From positions 119,706-183,705 of the IMG/VR virus record IMGVR_UViG_3300008122_000001: a stretch of 64,000 nt of DNA. One strand, given 5' to 3'. Under the pieces are notes generated by a model that saw nothing but the letters and a program-made list of their open reading frames with translations, made no database searches and was not told the origin of the DNA. The position numbers and the translations under genes were made by a program. The DNA comes from a virus (lineage: Duplodnaviria > Heunggongvirae > Uroviricota > Caudoviricetes). Below are positions 19,643 to 29,718 of the stretch, piece after piece; the first letter of the stretch is position 1, and each line of letters starts with the position of its first letter.

Positions 19643-19998
19643 TGAGTTTAGATATTTATTTTCAAGACCCTGAAACTGAAGATTATTTAGAAATTGATGG
19701 TGATACTAATATCACACACAATCTAAATAAAATAGCTCAAGAATTATGTTTTTATGAAATTTTATGGAGACCAGAAACAACTGTTGGTCTTTTTAAAAAC
19801 CCATCAAAAATTCTTGCTTCTGAAATTTTACCTTATTATCGTGAAGCACTTGATATAGTATTAAAAGAAGGTGATAGTGTTAAACATTTATTACCTTCTA
19901 ATGGTTGGGGTACTTTAGATTGCTTTAATCGTGTATTAACATCATGTATTAATGCTTGTATAAAATACCCTGATTCTATTATTGTAATATCTAGATAG
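19642..19998 (+). CDS. hypothetical protein
   Basis: ORF track; ATGA overlap; TAG stop. Confidence 0.5.
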   Translation: MSLDIYFQDPETEDYLEIDGDTNITHNLNKIAQELCFYEILWRPETTVGLFKNPSKILASEILPYYREALDIVLKEGDSVKHLLPSNGWGTLDCFNRVLTSCINACIKYPDSIIVISR

Positions 19999-20058
19999 TT
20001 AATTTATAGGAATTCTTTATGAGTTCCTATATGTGAATTATTTAATGGAATAATTGTT

Positions 20059-20475
20059 ATGTCTTCTATTTTTAAATTTAATTTTAAAGAAGCATTAAGT
20101 GCGTCTACTATCCGTATTGAAAATGAAAATTTTTATATTTATTTAAAATCTTTAGATCTTGAGTTAATAGCTCTAATACAAGGTAATAAATACATTACTT
20201 CTTCCATTGTCTTAGAGTTAAGTAAATCAGAATATGAGTATTTTAAATACTACAGAGAAAATGTAAATATGATTAAATCACTTAATAAAGATATAACTAT
20301 TGATAAATATTATCATGGTTATGTTAAATTCCCTAAAGGAACTAAAGTTCGAATTCTTCAAAATCAAGAAGGACAAAACTTTACTTTTATTGAAGTAGAA
20401 CCTTTAGAAACAATTGATAATGAACAACCTAAAACTTTTTTAATTGATATTAAAGATTTAGAAGATGAAGTCTAA
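20059..20475 (+). CDS. hypothetical protein
   Basis: ORF track. Confidence 0.5.
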   Translation: MSSIFKFNFKEALSASTIRIENENFYIYLKSLDLELIALIQGNKYITSSIVLELSKSEYEYFKYYRENVNMIKSLNKDITIDKYYHGYVKFPKGTKVRILQNQEGQNFTFIEVEPLETIDNEQPKTFLIDIKDLEDEV

Positions 20476-20616
20476 TGTTTATTTGATATTATGTATTGTA
20501 TTTTTAATAGCTATTTTACCTATTAATGATATGTATGGTCTATTATATGCTATTATGATTATATTAATAATGCTTTTATTTTATGTATTAGCATTATTAA
20601 ATGTTTAAGGAATAAA

Positions 20617-20859
20617 ATGAAATCTATTGAAAAAATTGTTGTTTATTGTAAAGATGATGACGAAGTATCAAAAGCACTATTAATTTTTAATAGTTATGGA
20701 TTTACTTTACGAAATGGTACATTAGAGTATTCTAAAAACGATAACTATCATTTCGTTGGTTATTATATTCAAGAACGTAGAATATATCTTGATAAAAAAT
20801 TAAATCCAAATTTAAAACAAACTGTAATAAATTTTGAAGATTTTGTTAAACAATATTGA
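20617..20859 (+). CDS. small protein, outlying member of the LLxIL-SYG paralogue family
   Basis: VSKALLIFNSYGFTLRN core resembles the arrays at 43-46 kb. Confidence 0.5.
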   Translation: MKSIEKIVVYCKDDDEVSKALLIFNSYGFTLRNGTLEYSKNDNYHFVGYYIQERRIYLDKKLNPNLKQTVINFEDFVKQY

Positions 20860-20868
20860 GTATAAAAA

Positions 20869-21348
20869 ATGGAAATTAATGAAAAAGACTTAAAAGTGTC
20901 TCAAACTTTTAATAAAGTTAGTGAACATTTAGAACAAATTAAAGTAAATACAGAAGAAAAATTAAAAGTATCTTTATCTGATACTCAAGAAGTTAATTTA
21001 TTATTACATAAATATTCTCAAGAATTAAAAACTAAATTTAAATATAATAAATATTTATGTAGTACAGATGATATTAAAAAGTTTTTATTAGAAAACTTTC
21101 CAAATGCTAAAATTGGATTTTTTAAATTATTAAAATTAGGTTTTATTGATTTTGGAAAGTTTTTTCTTATTCTTTATTTTATTTTAGCTCCTATATATTT
21201 ATTAATTATTCTTAATTTTACAGTATATTCTCTTCAAACTAGTATATTTGGTTCTATTTTATTATCTTTATTTACTAGTACTATGATTACTCTTCCATTA
21301 TATCCTTCCGAAATTAAAGCAACAAGAGGTCAATTTAAAATTGAGTAA
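20869..21348 (+). CDS. membrane protein, member of the 'E-x-DLKLS' two-TM paralogue family
   Basis: MEINEKDLKVSQTF N-terminus and two C-terminal TM helices, like 29278, 29719, 30177 and 42091. Confidence 0.5.
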   Translation: MEINEKDLKVSQTFNKVSEHLEQIKVNTEEKLKVSLSDTQEVNLLLHKYSQELKTKFKYNKYLCSTDDIKKFLLENFPNAKIGFFKLLKLGFIDFGKFFLILYFILAPIYLLIILNFTVYSLQTSIFGSILLSLFTSTMITLPLYPSEIKATRGQFKIE

Positions 21349-21850
21349 TAATTATTTTTGTGCAGATCTTCATTTAGATCAACCTTCTATTATTAAATTT
21401 AGAAATCAATTTACTGATCATAAAGAACATGATCTTTTTTTAAAAGAAAATTATCATAAAGTTGTTCGTCCTAAAGATTATGTAAATATGGTTGGTGATA
21501 TTTGTATGTCACCAGCTGCCATTGAAGAATTACGTACTTGGAATGGTATTAAAAGTATTTATTTAGGTAATCACGATAATGCTGAATTTAAAAAACGTGG
21601 TGTATCTTTAGAGATGTTACAATCAGTATTTGAAGATCGTATTTATGGATTTACTCGTAAACATGGTTTTTGGGTGTCTCATTGTCCTATTCATCCTGTA
21701 GAACTTCGTAATCGTAATTGTGTTCATGGACATGTTCATTCAAACAATATAGATGATCTTCGCTATTTTAATGTATCAATGGAAAATATTGATTATACTC
21801 CGATTTCTTTAGAAGAAATTAGATCTATATTTAAGTCTAGAGGTTTATAA
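21341..21850 (+). CDS. calcineurin-like metallophosphoesterase (Ser/Thr phosphatase / ApaH-like)
   Basis: CADLHLD, GDICMSP, GNHDN and VHGHVHS fit metallophosphoesterase motifs I-V. Confidence 0.6.
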   Translation: MSNNYFCADLHLDQPSIIKFRNQFTDHKEHDLFLKENYHKVVRPKDYVNMVGDICMSPAAIEELRTWNGIKSIYLGNHDNAEFKKRGVSLEMLQSVFEDRIYGFTRKHGFWVSHCPIHPVELRNRNCVHGHVHSNNIDDLRYFNVSMENIDYTPISLEEIRSIFKSRGL

Positions 21851-22128
21851 TGGATAATTTTAATATTAATACTCATTGGCGTTGTGTAATTGAAAATGAA
21901 TTACAATTAAAAAAATTACAATTAATTTTTCCTTTATATTTTAATAAATCACGATATAGAATACATGAATGTAGTATTAAACATATATATGGATATCCTT
22001 GTTGTATTTACAATGGATTTAATTTTATAGAACTTTATCCTATAACTAGATTTAAACAACTCCAAGATTTTAAAGAAATTGATATTAATCTTTTATTAAA
22101 TTACGATGCTCCTATCTTGTATCCATGA
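21850..22128 (+). CDS. hypothetical protein
   Basis: ORF track; ATGG overlap. Confidence 0.45.
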   Translation: MDNFNINTHWRCVIENELQLKKLQLIFPLYFNKSRYRIHECSIKHIYGYPCCIYNGFNFIELYPITRFKQLQDFKEIDINLLLNYDAPILYP

Positions 22129-22504
22129 GTACTTTATGTTTAGTTATCTTAATCATTGTAAAGAACATTTAACTTATGGAAAATTTATTAATTCTTTAAA
22201 TTTTAAAGATGGGTATTGTAAATTTAGTTTATCTAAAAGTTATATTGGTTCTGGATACATTATTGCTGATTTTGAATTAAACTTAATTAAAGAATATAAA
22301 GAAAAATTGTTATCAGATGGGTATATTTTAAAAACTAAAGATGAAAGTAATAATTTTTTTAGAGATGATATAGATACTTATATATACATTCCTAGTATTT
22401 ATTTTAATACTCAATTTAAAGAATGGTTTTCTTATGTTAATTGTTTTTTTACTTTAGCTTTTTTTAGTGTTTTTTGTTCTTTAATCTTAGAGTATTCAAA
22501 ATGA
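22106..22504 (+). CDS. hypothetical membrane-anchored protein
   Basis: ORF track; alternative ATG at 22136; C-terminal hydrophobic FFTLAFFSVFCSLIL. Confidence 0.45.
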   Translation: MLLSCIHEYFMFSYLNHCKEHLTYGKFINSLNFKDGYCKFSLSKSYIGSGYIIADFELNLIKEYKEKLLSDGYILKTKDESNNFFRDDIDTYIYIPSIYFNTQFKEWFSYVNCFFTLAFFSVFCSLILEYSK

Positions 22505-22743
22505 TCAAAAATAAACAATGGTATTGTATTATTCAGAATATTGAAGATTATCAAAAAGCTAAACTAATATTAGAATTTAATGGACTAGAATCAAAGTTAA
22601 ATTCTTATCCTACTAGTTTCCCTTTAGTTATTGTTAATGGTAATATGTTTTTAGTTGTTCTTTATGAATCATATAGTCTATATCAAAAAATAATAACTAA
22701 TTGGAAACAAATAGATTTAAGTGATATTCTTAAACATCAATAG
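22501..22743 (+). CDS. small protein, LLxIL-SYG-like family
   Basis: ATG 22501 in ATGA overlap; KQWYCIIQNIEDYQKAKLILEFNGL core. Confidence 0.5.
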   Translation: MIKNKQWYCIIQNIEDYQKAKLILEFNGLESKLNSYPTSFPLVIVNGNMFLVVLYESYSLYQKIITNWKQIDLSDILKHQ

Positions 22744-23090
22744 TGAGTAAAGTTATGTCTTTTCAAATATTAAATACTGAACCTGTTTATGATTATATCT
22801 CTGAAAGTTATAATTGGACTTTTTATAATATTATTCAGTTAAAACAATATCAACTTACTAATGGTAATGTTAAGTATTGTTTAATAATTGGGTTTAAAAA
22901 TCCAGAAGTAATTTATACTACTGAACAAAAAGATCCAACTGAAAAAGAATTTTATAAAATCACTGGTTTAGTTATGTTAAAAGTTTGGAAATATTTAGAA
23001 AAAGAAGCTAATCAAGCTAATTTGAATTTCAATACTTTTAATAAATATTGTCTTGAATTAGAAAAACAAGGTAAGGTCAAAAAGGAATAA
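22743..23090 (+). CDS. hypothetical protein
   Basis: ORF track. Confidence 0.5.
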   Translation: MSKVMSFQILNTEPVYDYISESYNWTFYNIIQLKQYQLTNGNVKYCLIIGFKNPEVIYTTEQKDPTEKEFYKITGLVMLKVWKYLEKEANQANLNFNTFNKYCLELEKQGKVKKE

Positions 23091-23092
23091 TT

Positions 23093-23521
23093 ATGACTAT
23101 TAAAATAGTTCATATGAAACGAAGTGGTTTAACTGTTCCTAAAGATCAATTATTTGATTTAAGTAGAGGTAGTAAAAAGTATTATTTATTAAGTAATGAA
23201 TATACTCATTTACCTCTACATAAAACTAAAGCTAAATACCAAGTAAAAACAGTTGAAGATGCTATAAGTAATTATACAACTTCATTAAAAAATCGTTTAA
23301 TGAAAGAGTTTAAATTACCTTATCAACAAACTCCTTATCGTTCATTATTACTTTCTTTATATAATGCATATATTGAACTTAAAGAGCAAAATAAAGAAAT
23401 GTATTTTGGATGTTGGTGTAAAGATGAATTAAATCCTAAACCATATGATCATGATTGTCATTGTGATTATGTTAAAGAATTAATATATAAACGTTATAAT
23501 ACTTTAAATAAGGTGCAGTAA
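23093..23521 (+). CDS. hypothetical protein with CWC...CHCD Cys/His motif
   Basis: MYFGCWCKDELNPKPYDHDCHCDYV, a compact putative metal-binding motif. Confidence 0.5.
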   Translation: MTIKIVHMKRSGLTVPKDQLFDLSRGSKKYYLLSNEYTHLPLHKTKAKYQVKTVEDAISNYTTSLKNRLMKEFKLPYQQTPYRSLLLSLYNAYIELKEQNKEMYFGCWCKDELNPKPYDHDCHCDYVKELIYKRYNTLNKVQ

Positions 23522-23700
23522 ATGTTAAAGAAAGATATTTTTATTGGTCAATCAGTTGGTTTCACTTATAAAGGAACTAAGATCTTAGGTACAATAAAAG
23601 GATTTTGTGCTCAATATTCTGAAACACATGTTTTCGTAGATATTGGACATGATGTAATACGAAAACGTTTTGATACTATGTTAGGCGTAGTGCAATAAAA
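23521..23700 (+). CDS. small hypothetical protein (59 aa)
   Basis: own translation MLKKDIFIGQSVGFTYKGTKILGTIKGF...; ATG overlaps upstream stop; below the track size cutoff. Confidence 0.4.
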
Positions 23701-23837
23701 GTTTTAAAACTAATTACTGTAGAGTTTTGGAAAAATAACGAAACTAAAACTCTACTAGTATTTAAACAAGTTATATTTTTGTTTAGATATAACTTCTTTA
23801 GATATAAATTTCTTTATTATAAACAAGGTTGTGTTAA

Positions 23838-26800
23838 ATGAATACTCAAATTGGGTTAAAAGGTAATTTTAAATCTGTTCCTTATATTCCAGAAAATCTA
23901 TCACCTAAAGATATAGGTCAACTATTTCCGCCAGGTTTTGATGATATTATTGAATATTCTGTAGATGAATTTACTAAATCTATTAATATCACAATTTTAA
24001 CAGACACTAACAAAGAAAATACAATTATTACTCTTAGTGAAAATCTGTATAACCCGTCAAAGAACAAATGTTTCTTTCCTAAATTCCTCATTGAACAACA
24101 TCACAATTTTCCTAAAATTAATTACTTAACTGATCAACGTGATCGTTTTGTTTTTAATCAAAATGAATTGTTTTATATCTGTTTACAACACCGTTTAGTA
24201 GACTTTAAACGTTTTAAAGATGCTTATGGTAACTTAGTAAATAATGATATTAAATCTATTATGAATTTTATTGGTTATATTCCTAATACTGCATACAATG
24301 CTATTCAACGTGATAAGCATTCGTATATTTTATTAGATATTTATGACGATAAAACTAAAGCTTTAAAAGTTGTATCTAAAAAACAATGTTTAGGTAATAT
24401 CTTAAAACATCGTAAATATCACCCTACTAAAGAGAAGTTAAAAGCTTTATTGCCTACACTTCCTTTACATTTTTCTTCAGAATCTATGGGTGAAAAATCT
24501 AAGTATGTTTTACATGATTATAACTCTCCTTTATACCGTTCTGTAGGTTATAAAATGGAGTTAGATTCAAAAAATAATCCTTATGTTTTAAGTCTATTTC
24601 CACCTAAACAAAATATTCCTGCTCGTAATAAAACGCATGTAACTTCAGATGCATGTGCTTTAGCAAATTTTGTACCAACTTCGAAATTTATTCAAGATTA
24701 TCTTCCAAATTTGGAAGAACAACGTTTTGATCCTAAAGATCATTGTTATAAAAAATCTTTATGTGTTATTCATCCGATGTTGGAAAATGGTAAATTTTTA
24801 TATGGTGAAATTTATGCTTCTGAATCTTTTGTATCTACTGAAGTAATTGTTCGTGAAACAATTAAAGATCAATTTGAAGAGATTTTCATTGAAGAAAACA
24901 AAACATATTATTCAGATAGTAACAATCAAATTAAAGTTGGTTTAAATATTGAAAACCAACCATTATATTTGGAAAATTGTATTTCTGCTAAATTAACAAG
25001 TGTTCAAATCTTGGGTACTTTAGGTGTACAGAAATTAGTTTTTGATGTTGTACGTCATGCTGGTAATGCTCGTATTGATTCTAATACTGGTTTAAAAGGT
25101 GTAACAACTTGTCGTAATAATCTTGGTACTATCCATATTCCTGAACTTAATAAAGAATTAAAACCAGATCTAGTATTTGGTATGAACTCTTTTAAAGCTA
25201 AAGGAAATGGTATTATATTAGCTCGTGCTGCTCTTGCAGTAGAATTAGGTTTATATCGTCCATCAAATGTATTTGGTTATTTAAATACATGGGATACAGA
25301 TGAAATCAATCGTGCTTCTAATTCATTACCAGAATATTATTATATTGATGATTTAGGTAACAAACAAACAGTACAAATTGGTATTGTATATGCTCGTTTT
25401 ACTGAATTATGTTATATCTATAAGTCATATAAACCTAACAAGCCATTTAGTTTTGAATCAGGTCGTGTATTACAAAGCTTAACAGACAATCGTTTGTTTA
25501 CTAATATTTGGGAAAATTATGTTTCTGAAGATTATAAATCAATTGTAATTGAATTAGAAAAGATTCTTTTAGATAAAAAGAATATTTTTGAAGATGAAAT
25601 TCCAATTTATACAGTTGAAGGGATTCGAAATAAAAAGATTTTTAGTCATAAAGATCTGATTTTAAATATCCGAACATCAACTGAATCTTTATCTTGTTTA
25701 CTTGATGAAGATTGGAATAAAGGATTTATTATTAATTTTGTCCCTAATGGTGGAAAATGTGTACGTATTCCTTGTGCAAAAACTCTTAAATTATTCTGTA
25801 CTCAAACAGATGATAAAATGTACATGTACCCATCTTTATTAATTGAAATTTCTAAAATGATTAATTCCATTTTAAATAATTCAATTCAATTGTTGTTTCC
25901 TCGTACAGAAACAAATTATGCAAAAAATAATACACCAGTAATTCGTTATTATCGTGAAGTTAAAGGTTTATTGTTTTCTTCTGAAGAAGCTTCTGTAATG
26001 TTAATTCAAAAGCTTTCTCGTCCAGAAATTCCTGGATTTGCATTTAAACAAGTAACTGATTATATTTTACCAGATAACACTTGTGTACTTATGTGTAATA
26101 AGACATATAATAAAGCTATTGAAAATGCTTTAGGTGAAGATGCTGATTTACATGCTTTAACTTATAACTTCTATGGTTTACATGTTCGTGCTCCTTCTCT
26201 TTGGCGTAAACAGAACATTCCAGTTAAGATTTGGAATCAAGATGATTTTCGTATTTATCTTTGGTCTAAATTTGGTATTAAGTTAGAAAACTATATTAAT
26301 ACTAAATGGAATAATGACGTTGTAATCTTTAGTAATAATGTATGTCGTAACAGTCAATCGGATATTGATGGCGATCATAGTACTGTATTTACACCAGAAG
26401 GATTAGAAGTTCAAGAATGTCTTCGTACTTATAAAGACGATCATGTTGTAGAAGCTGAACATGAATGGATTCAAGATTACATTAAAGGCGAAATGGAGTC
26501 TAATGAAGATTTAATTAATGAAGATGGTACTTTAGTTAATCATGTTTATACTTTATATACAGTATATTTACATGATGTTAAAGTAAATCGTAAAGAAGTT
26601 AAAACTGGTTTCTCAACTTTCTTATATCGTGCTATTACAGCTAAAGCTAACATTGGTTTAAGTACTAATGATGGCTGGATCTTTAATATGATTCTTGATT
26701 TATACCAAAAGTATTATCAAGCTAATGATGGTAAATACCAAGTTACTGAAACATCTGAAGAAAAAGCAATGTATCGCTTATCTGAAGATCAACGTGATGA

Positions 26801-27257
26801 AATTTCATTTGTTTATACTAAAGCTCTACAAGATTTTGTAGTACGTGGCGTTAAACATACTGATAATGGTAGTGAAGATTTTGAAGTATTATTCTTGAAG
26901 AATATTTGGAAAGCTGATAATGCTAAAAATGTCTTTAAGTTATTAACTAACGATCTACGATTACCTAATATGTTGGCATCTAAAATGATGTTTATTATTA
27001 CTTGGGCACAAGACATGGGCTTCTTATTAGGTTGTTCAGCATTCCTTAAGTTGTATAACAAAGGAACTATTCCTACAGGTGATGCTGCTGTAGCTTTAGA
27101 ACAACATGAATCGTTTATTCAATCTAATACTTACTTTGGTACATTACTTGAACCTGTTTACAAATTACGTCAACAGGCTAAAGATTATACTCAAGTTAAG
27201 AAAGTAGAACGAAAACAAGTGACTTATGTAGATCCTTTAGCTGCAATGGGTTTTTAA
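23838..27257 (+). CDS. large protein, candidate single-chain two-barrel (DPBB) RNA polymerase
   Basis: 1139 aa; FGMNSFKAKGNGIIL (cf. beta-subunit RHGNKGV) at ~aa 445 and NVCRNSQSDIDGDHSTVF (cf. beta-prime NADFDGD) at ~aa 860, in the beta-then-beta-prime order of YonO/crAss-like/RdRP-type enzymes. Confidence 0.45.
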   Translation: MNTQIGLKGNFKSVPYIPENLSPKDIGQLFPPGFDDIIEYSVDEFTKSINITILTDTNKENTIITLSENLYNPSKNKCFFPKFLIEQHHNFPKINYLTDQRDRFVFNQNELFYICLQHRLVDFKRFKDAYGNLVNNDIKSIMNFIGYIPNTAYNAIQRDKHSYILLDIYDDKTKALKVVSKKQCLGNILKHRKYHPTKEKLKALLPTLPLHFSSESMGEKSKYVLHDYNSPLYRSVGYKMELDSKNNPYVLSLFPPKQNIPARNKTHVTSDACALANFVPTSKFIQDYLPNLEEQRFDPKDHCYKKSLCVIHPMLENGKFLYGEIYASESFVSTEVIVRETIKDQFEEIFIEENKTYYSDSNNQIKVGLNIENQPLYLENCISAKLTSVQILGTLGVQKLVFDVVRHAGNARIDSNTGLKGVTTCRNNLGTIHIPELNKELKPDLVFGMNSFKAKGNGIILARAALAVELGLYRPSNVFGYLNTWDTDEINRASNSLPEYYYIDDLGNKQTVQIGIVYARFTELCYIYKSYKPNKPFSFESGRVLQSLTDNRLFTNIWENYVSEDYKSIVIELEKILLDKKNIFEDEIPIYTVEGIRNKKIFSHKDLILNIRTSTESLSCLLDEDWNKGFIINFVPNGGKCVRIPCAKTLKLFCTQTDDKMYMYPSLLIEISKMINSILNNSIQLLFPRTETNYAKNNTPVIRYYREVKGLLFSSEEASVMLIQKLSRPEIPGFAFKQVTDYILPDNTCVLMCNKTYNKAIENALGEDADLHALTYNFYGLHVRAPSLWRKQNIPVKIWNQDDFRIYLWSKFGIKLENYINTKWNNDVVIFSNNVCRNSQSDIDGDHSTVFTPEGLEVQECLRTYKDDHVVEAEHEWIQDYIKGEMESNEDLINEDGTLVNHVYTLYTVYLHDVKVNRKEVKTGFSTFLYRAITAKANIGLSTNDGWIFNMILDLYQKYYQANDGKYQVTETSEEKAMYRLSEDQRDEISFVYTKALQDFVVRGVKHTDNGSEDFEVLFLKNIWKADNAKNVFKLLTNDLRLPNMLASKMMFIITWAQDMGFLLGCSAFLKLYNKGTIPTGDAAVALEQHESFIQSNTYFGTLLEPVYKLRQQAKDYTQVKKVERKQVTYVDPLAAMGF

Positions 27258-27274
27258 TTTGATTATATGCCTAC

Positions 27275-27601
27275 TTGAAATATAGTAGGCATTTTAAGGA
27301 AATTATGAAATACAATGTAAAATATATTATTAAACTTGTTCCTATAAAATATGGTTTGTTTTATAGACATACTAAAATGATACCTGCAATTGTTAAAGTT
27401 GAATGGAACTATACATATTATAGAGGTATGGATTTACATGATTCTAGACTTGAATATTCATTTGCTAACTATGAATATTTACAAATGAAAGAAACAGTTG
27501 TGTTAAAACATAAGTGTGAAGAAAAGATAAAAGAATTACTTAAAAAGTATAAATCTGATTATAAAGACAGCAGATTAATCAATAAACATATTGATTTTTA
27601 A
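27275..27601 (+). CDS. hypothetical protein
   Basis: ORF track. Confidence 0.5.
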   Translation: MKYSRHFKEIMKYNVKYIIKLVPIKYGLFYRHTKMIPAIVKVEWNYTYYRGMDLHDSRLEYSFANYEYLQMKETVVLKHKCEEKIKELLKKYKSDYKDSRLINKHIDF

Positions 27602-27771
27602 GTAGTTTTTAAAATGTAATGTTAATTATGTAGGTATATATATGTTATACAACATTACATTTAACATATTAATGTTCTTATCTTAACATTTTGTTATATA
27701 ATAGTGACTGAATCCAAAAGTTTCAAACTAATTAATGAATTTTTCCTTTTACTACACTAGAGTACTAAAAA

Positions 27772-28155
27772 ATGGCTAAACAACCTGTTCAAAAAACTGT
27801 AAAAACATTTAACTACGGTATTAACCGTTTAAAGAAAATTCAAAAACATTTGAAAAAACATCCTAATGATCGTCAAGCAACTGTTGCTTTGAACGAAAAC
27901 AAAACACAATCTAACCGTAAAGCACCAAATGCTAAATTAGGTTGGATGTCTACTAATAAAGAAGTAGAGTCAATTCTACGTACTAAATTTGTAGGTACTA
28001 TTACTAAAGAATCTTTAAATATCCATGCAAAGATCCTTAAGTTAGTTAAAAAATCTCCTTTCCGTTTAACACCTACTTTGATTAAAACTGAAGATGGTGT
28101 TGGTCTAGGTTTTAAACATTTATCTAAATTATCTAACTTTAAAGAAGTAGCATAA
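27772..28155 (+). CDS. small basic (Lys-rich) protein, probably highly expressed
   Basis: flanked by a 170-nt AT-rich leader containing TATAAT and by a strong intrinsic terminator; pI clearly basic. Confidence 0.6.
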   Translation: MAKQPVQKTVKTFNYGINRLKKIQKHLKKHPNDRQATVALNENKTQSNRKAPNAKLGWMSTNKEVESILRTKFVGTITKESLNIHAKILKLVKKSPFRLTPTLIKTEDGVGLGFKHLSKLSNFKEVA

Positions 28156-28279
28156 TTTAATTAAAGTTTGACTCAAATATTGAGCGCAATACAGATGCTT
28201 TCAAGAGCTTTAATCTGTAACGGTGCTTCACAATACTTGATTTTATTGGATGAAGCGAAACCTTAATATTTGAGTTATA

Positions 28280-28312
28280 GGCGATAATTTTTTTAAATTA
28301 TCGCCTTTTTTT
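28280..28312 (+). terminator. rho-independent terminator
   Basis: perfect 11-bp stem GGCGATAATTT/AAATTATCGCC, 4-nt loop, followed by TTTTTTT. Confidence 0.8.
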
Positions 28313-28328
28313 ATTTAAAGGTAATACA

Positions 28329-28688
28329 ATGAATAATCTTATATATAATATTAAGTATGAAGCTTATTTAAATTTATTATCATCGATAGAAAATAAGTTT
28401 AATTCTTATAAAGCTTCTTTATTAGGTTTTAATCTTAAATTAGTACACCCTTCTCTTCTTAAAGATACTTCTCTTCATCAACACATCTCAATTGTTGAAA
28501 AACATTTCTATCAAGAATCAATTAAATTTGGTACTCCACTTAATTTTTTAAATGCATTACATTTAATTAATTATCATCTTGGAAGTGTTTTACAAATTTC
28601 TGAAATTAAACAAATTAGTTCAAATATTGATTCTATTTCAATTTCTGTTGAAGATCTTTTGATTATTGAATCTTTTAAAGATTTGTGA
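28329..28688 (+). CDS. hypothetical protein
   Basis: ORF track; RBS aaaggtaata upstream. Confidence 0.5.
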   Translation: MNNLIYNIKYEAYLNLLSSIENKFNSYKASLLGFNLKLVHPSLLKDTSLHQHISIVEKHFYQESIKFGTPLNFLNALHLINYHLGSVLQISEIKQISSNIDSISISVEDLLIIESFKDL

Positions 28689-28712
28689 GTTTTTTTAATT
28701 TTAAAAAATTTT

Positions 28713-29294
28713 TTGAGCCAAAGACTAGTTCGGATTTTAAATATGTTTTTTATTTCACATGGATCTACTAAAACAGTAGACAATACAGATTACCAATTTG
28801 ATGCCAAATCTTTTCAATGGCAAATTGTACCAAAAGATCCAATGAAGTTTGAACAATTTGCTAAAGATCTTGTATCTTTGGATTCTGAATGGTTTGATAA
28901 TAATTGTCATCCTGAAGGTTTTCTAAAATGTCCTCGTTGTTATAGAAAACATAATGTAGTAGATAATTTTGATCTACTATGTGATGGTTGTACAATTCTA
29001 TTAAAAGACTATCACTCTTATGGCTTGTCATTTGAGTTTACAGAGCGATTTAACCAGTGGTATACAAATGTACCTACTGATGTAGTAAACGCTCGTCTAG
29101 CGCTTCGTATGGAGCTATACAAAGTATATACATCTAAATTTGTGTTCCATGAAGAAAGACCATTAACTATCTTAAGAGATCCTTTAAAAAATAATGGTGA
29201 TCTAGAAGTCTGTTACTCTGATTTAGATATTACCGATAAAAAAAATCGTTTTATTTTAAATATTAAAGAGATGTCTTATGGAAGTAAAGGATGA
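28713..29294 (+). CDS. hypothetical protein with zinc-ribbon-like CPRC...CDGC motif
   Basis: ORF track; CPRCYRKHNVVDNFDLLCDGC. Confidence 0.5.
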   Translation: MSQRLVRILNMFFISHGSTKTVDNTDYQFDAKSFQWQIVPKDPMKFEQFAKDLVSLDSEWFDNNCHPEGFLKCPRCYRKHNVVDNFDLLCDGCTILLKDYHSYGLSFEFTERFNQWYTNVPTDVVNARLALRMELYKVYTSKFVFHEERPLTILRDPLKNNGDLEVCYSDLDITDKKNRFILNIKEMSYGSKG

Positions 29295-29697
29295 AGATCT
29301 TCAATTAAGTCCTCAATTTAAGAAAGCTATATTAGAAGCTCAAAAACAAGGTACTCAAAATAAGAATAATTTAAAAACGCAACTTAGTAAAAAAGTTGAG
29401 TTAAAATTATTCTTTAAACAAACTAAGCTTATTAAAGATTTGTATATACATAATCCTAAACAAAAGTATACTATTTTACATTCATTTCTTGTTGATAATT
29501 TTAAATTAACTGATAGTCAAGCTGATATTGAATTATTAAAAAGATTTTATTTTGATATGGATTTGTTTAAACCCATTCTTAGTATTTTATCACTTCTAAT
29601 TATTTGTATAGTATTTGCAATAGTTGGACCTAATGCTATGTCTATTTTTGCTCTTATACTTACAGTGATATTCTTTATAGCGTTTGTATTAGACTGA
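29278..29697 (+). CDS. membrane protein, 'E-x-DLKLS' two-TM paralogue family
   Basis: MEVKDEDLQLSPQF N-terminus; C-terminal two TM helices. Confidence 0.5.
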   Translation: MEVKDEDLQLSPQFKKAILEAQKQGTQNKNNLKTQLSKKVELKLFFKQTKLIKDLYIHNPKQKYTILHSFLVDNFKLTDSQADIELLKRFYFDMDLFKPILSILSLLIICIVFAIVGPNAMSIFALILTVIFFIAFVLD

Positions 29698-29718
29698 TTA
29701 TTATAATGGAATAAAAGT

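Noticed and set aside
20476-20616. Tiny hydrophobic ORFs in the gap before gene 20617
   Set aside because: Only 11-25 codons each with no RBS; likely non-coding leader.
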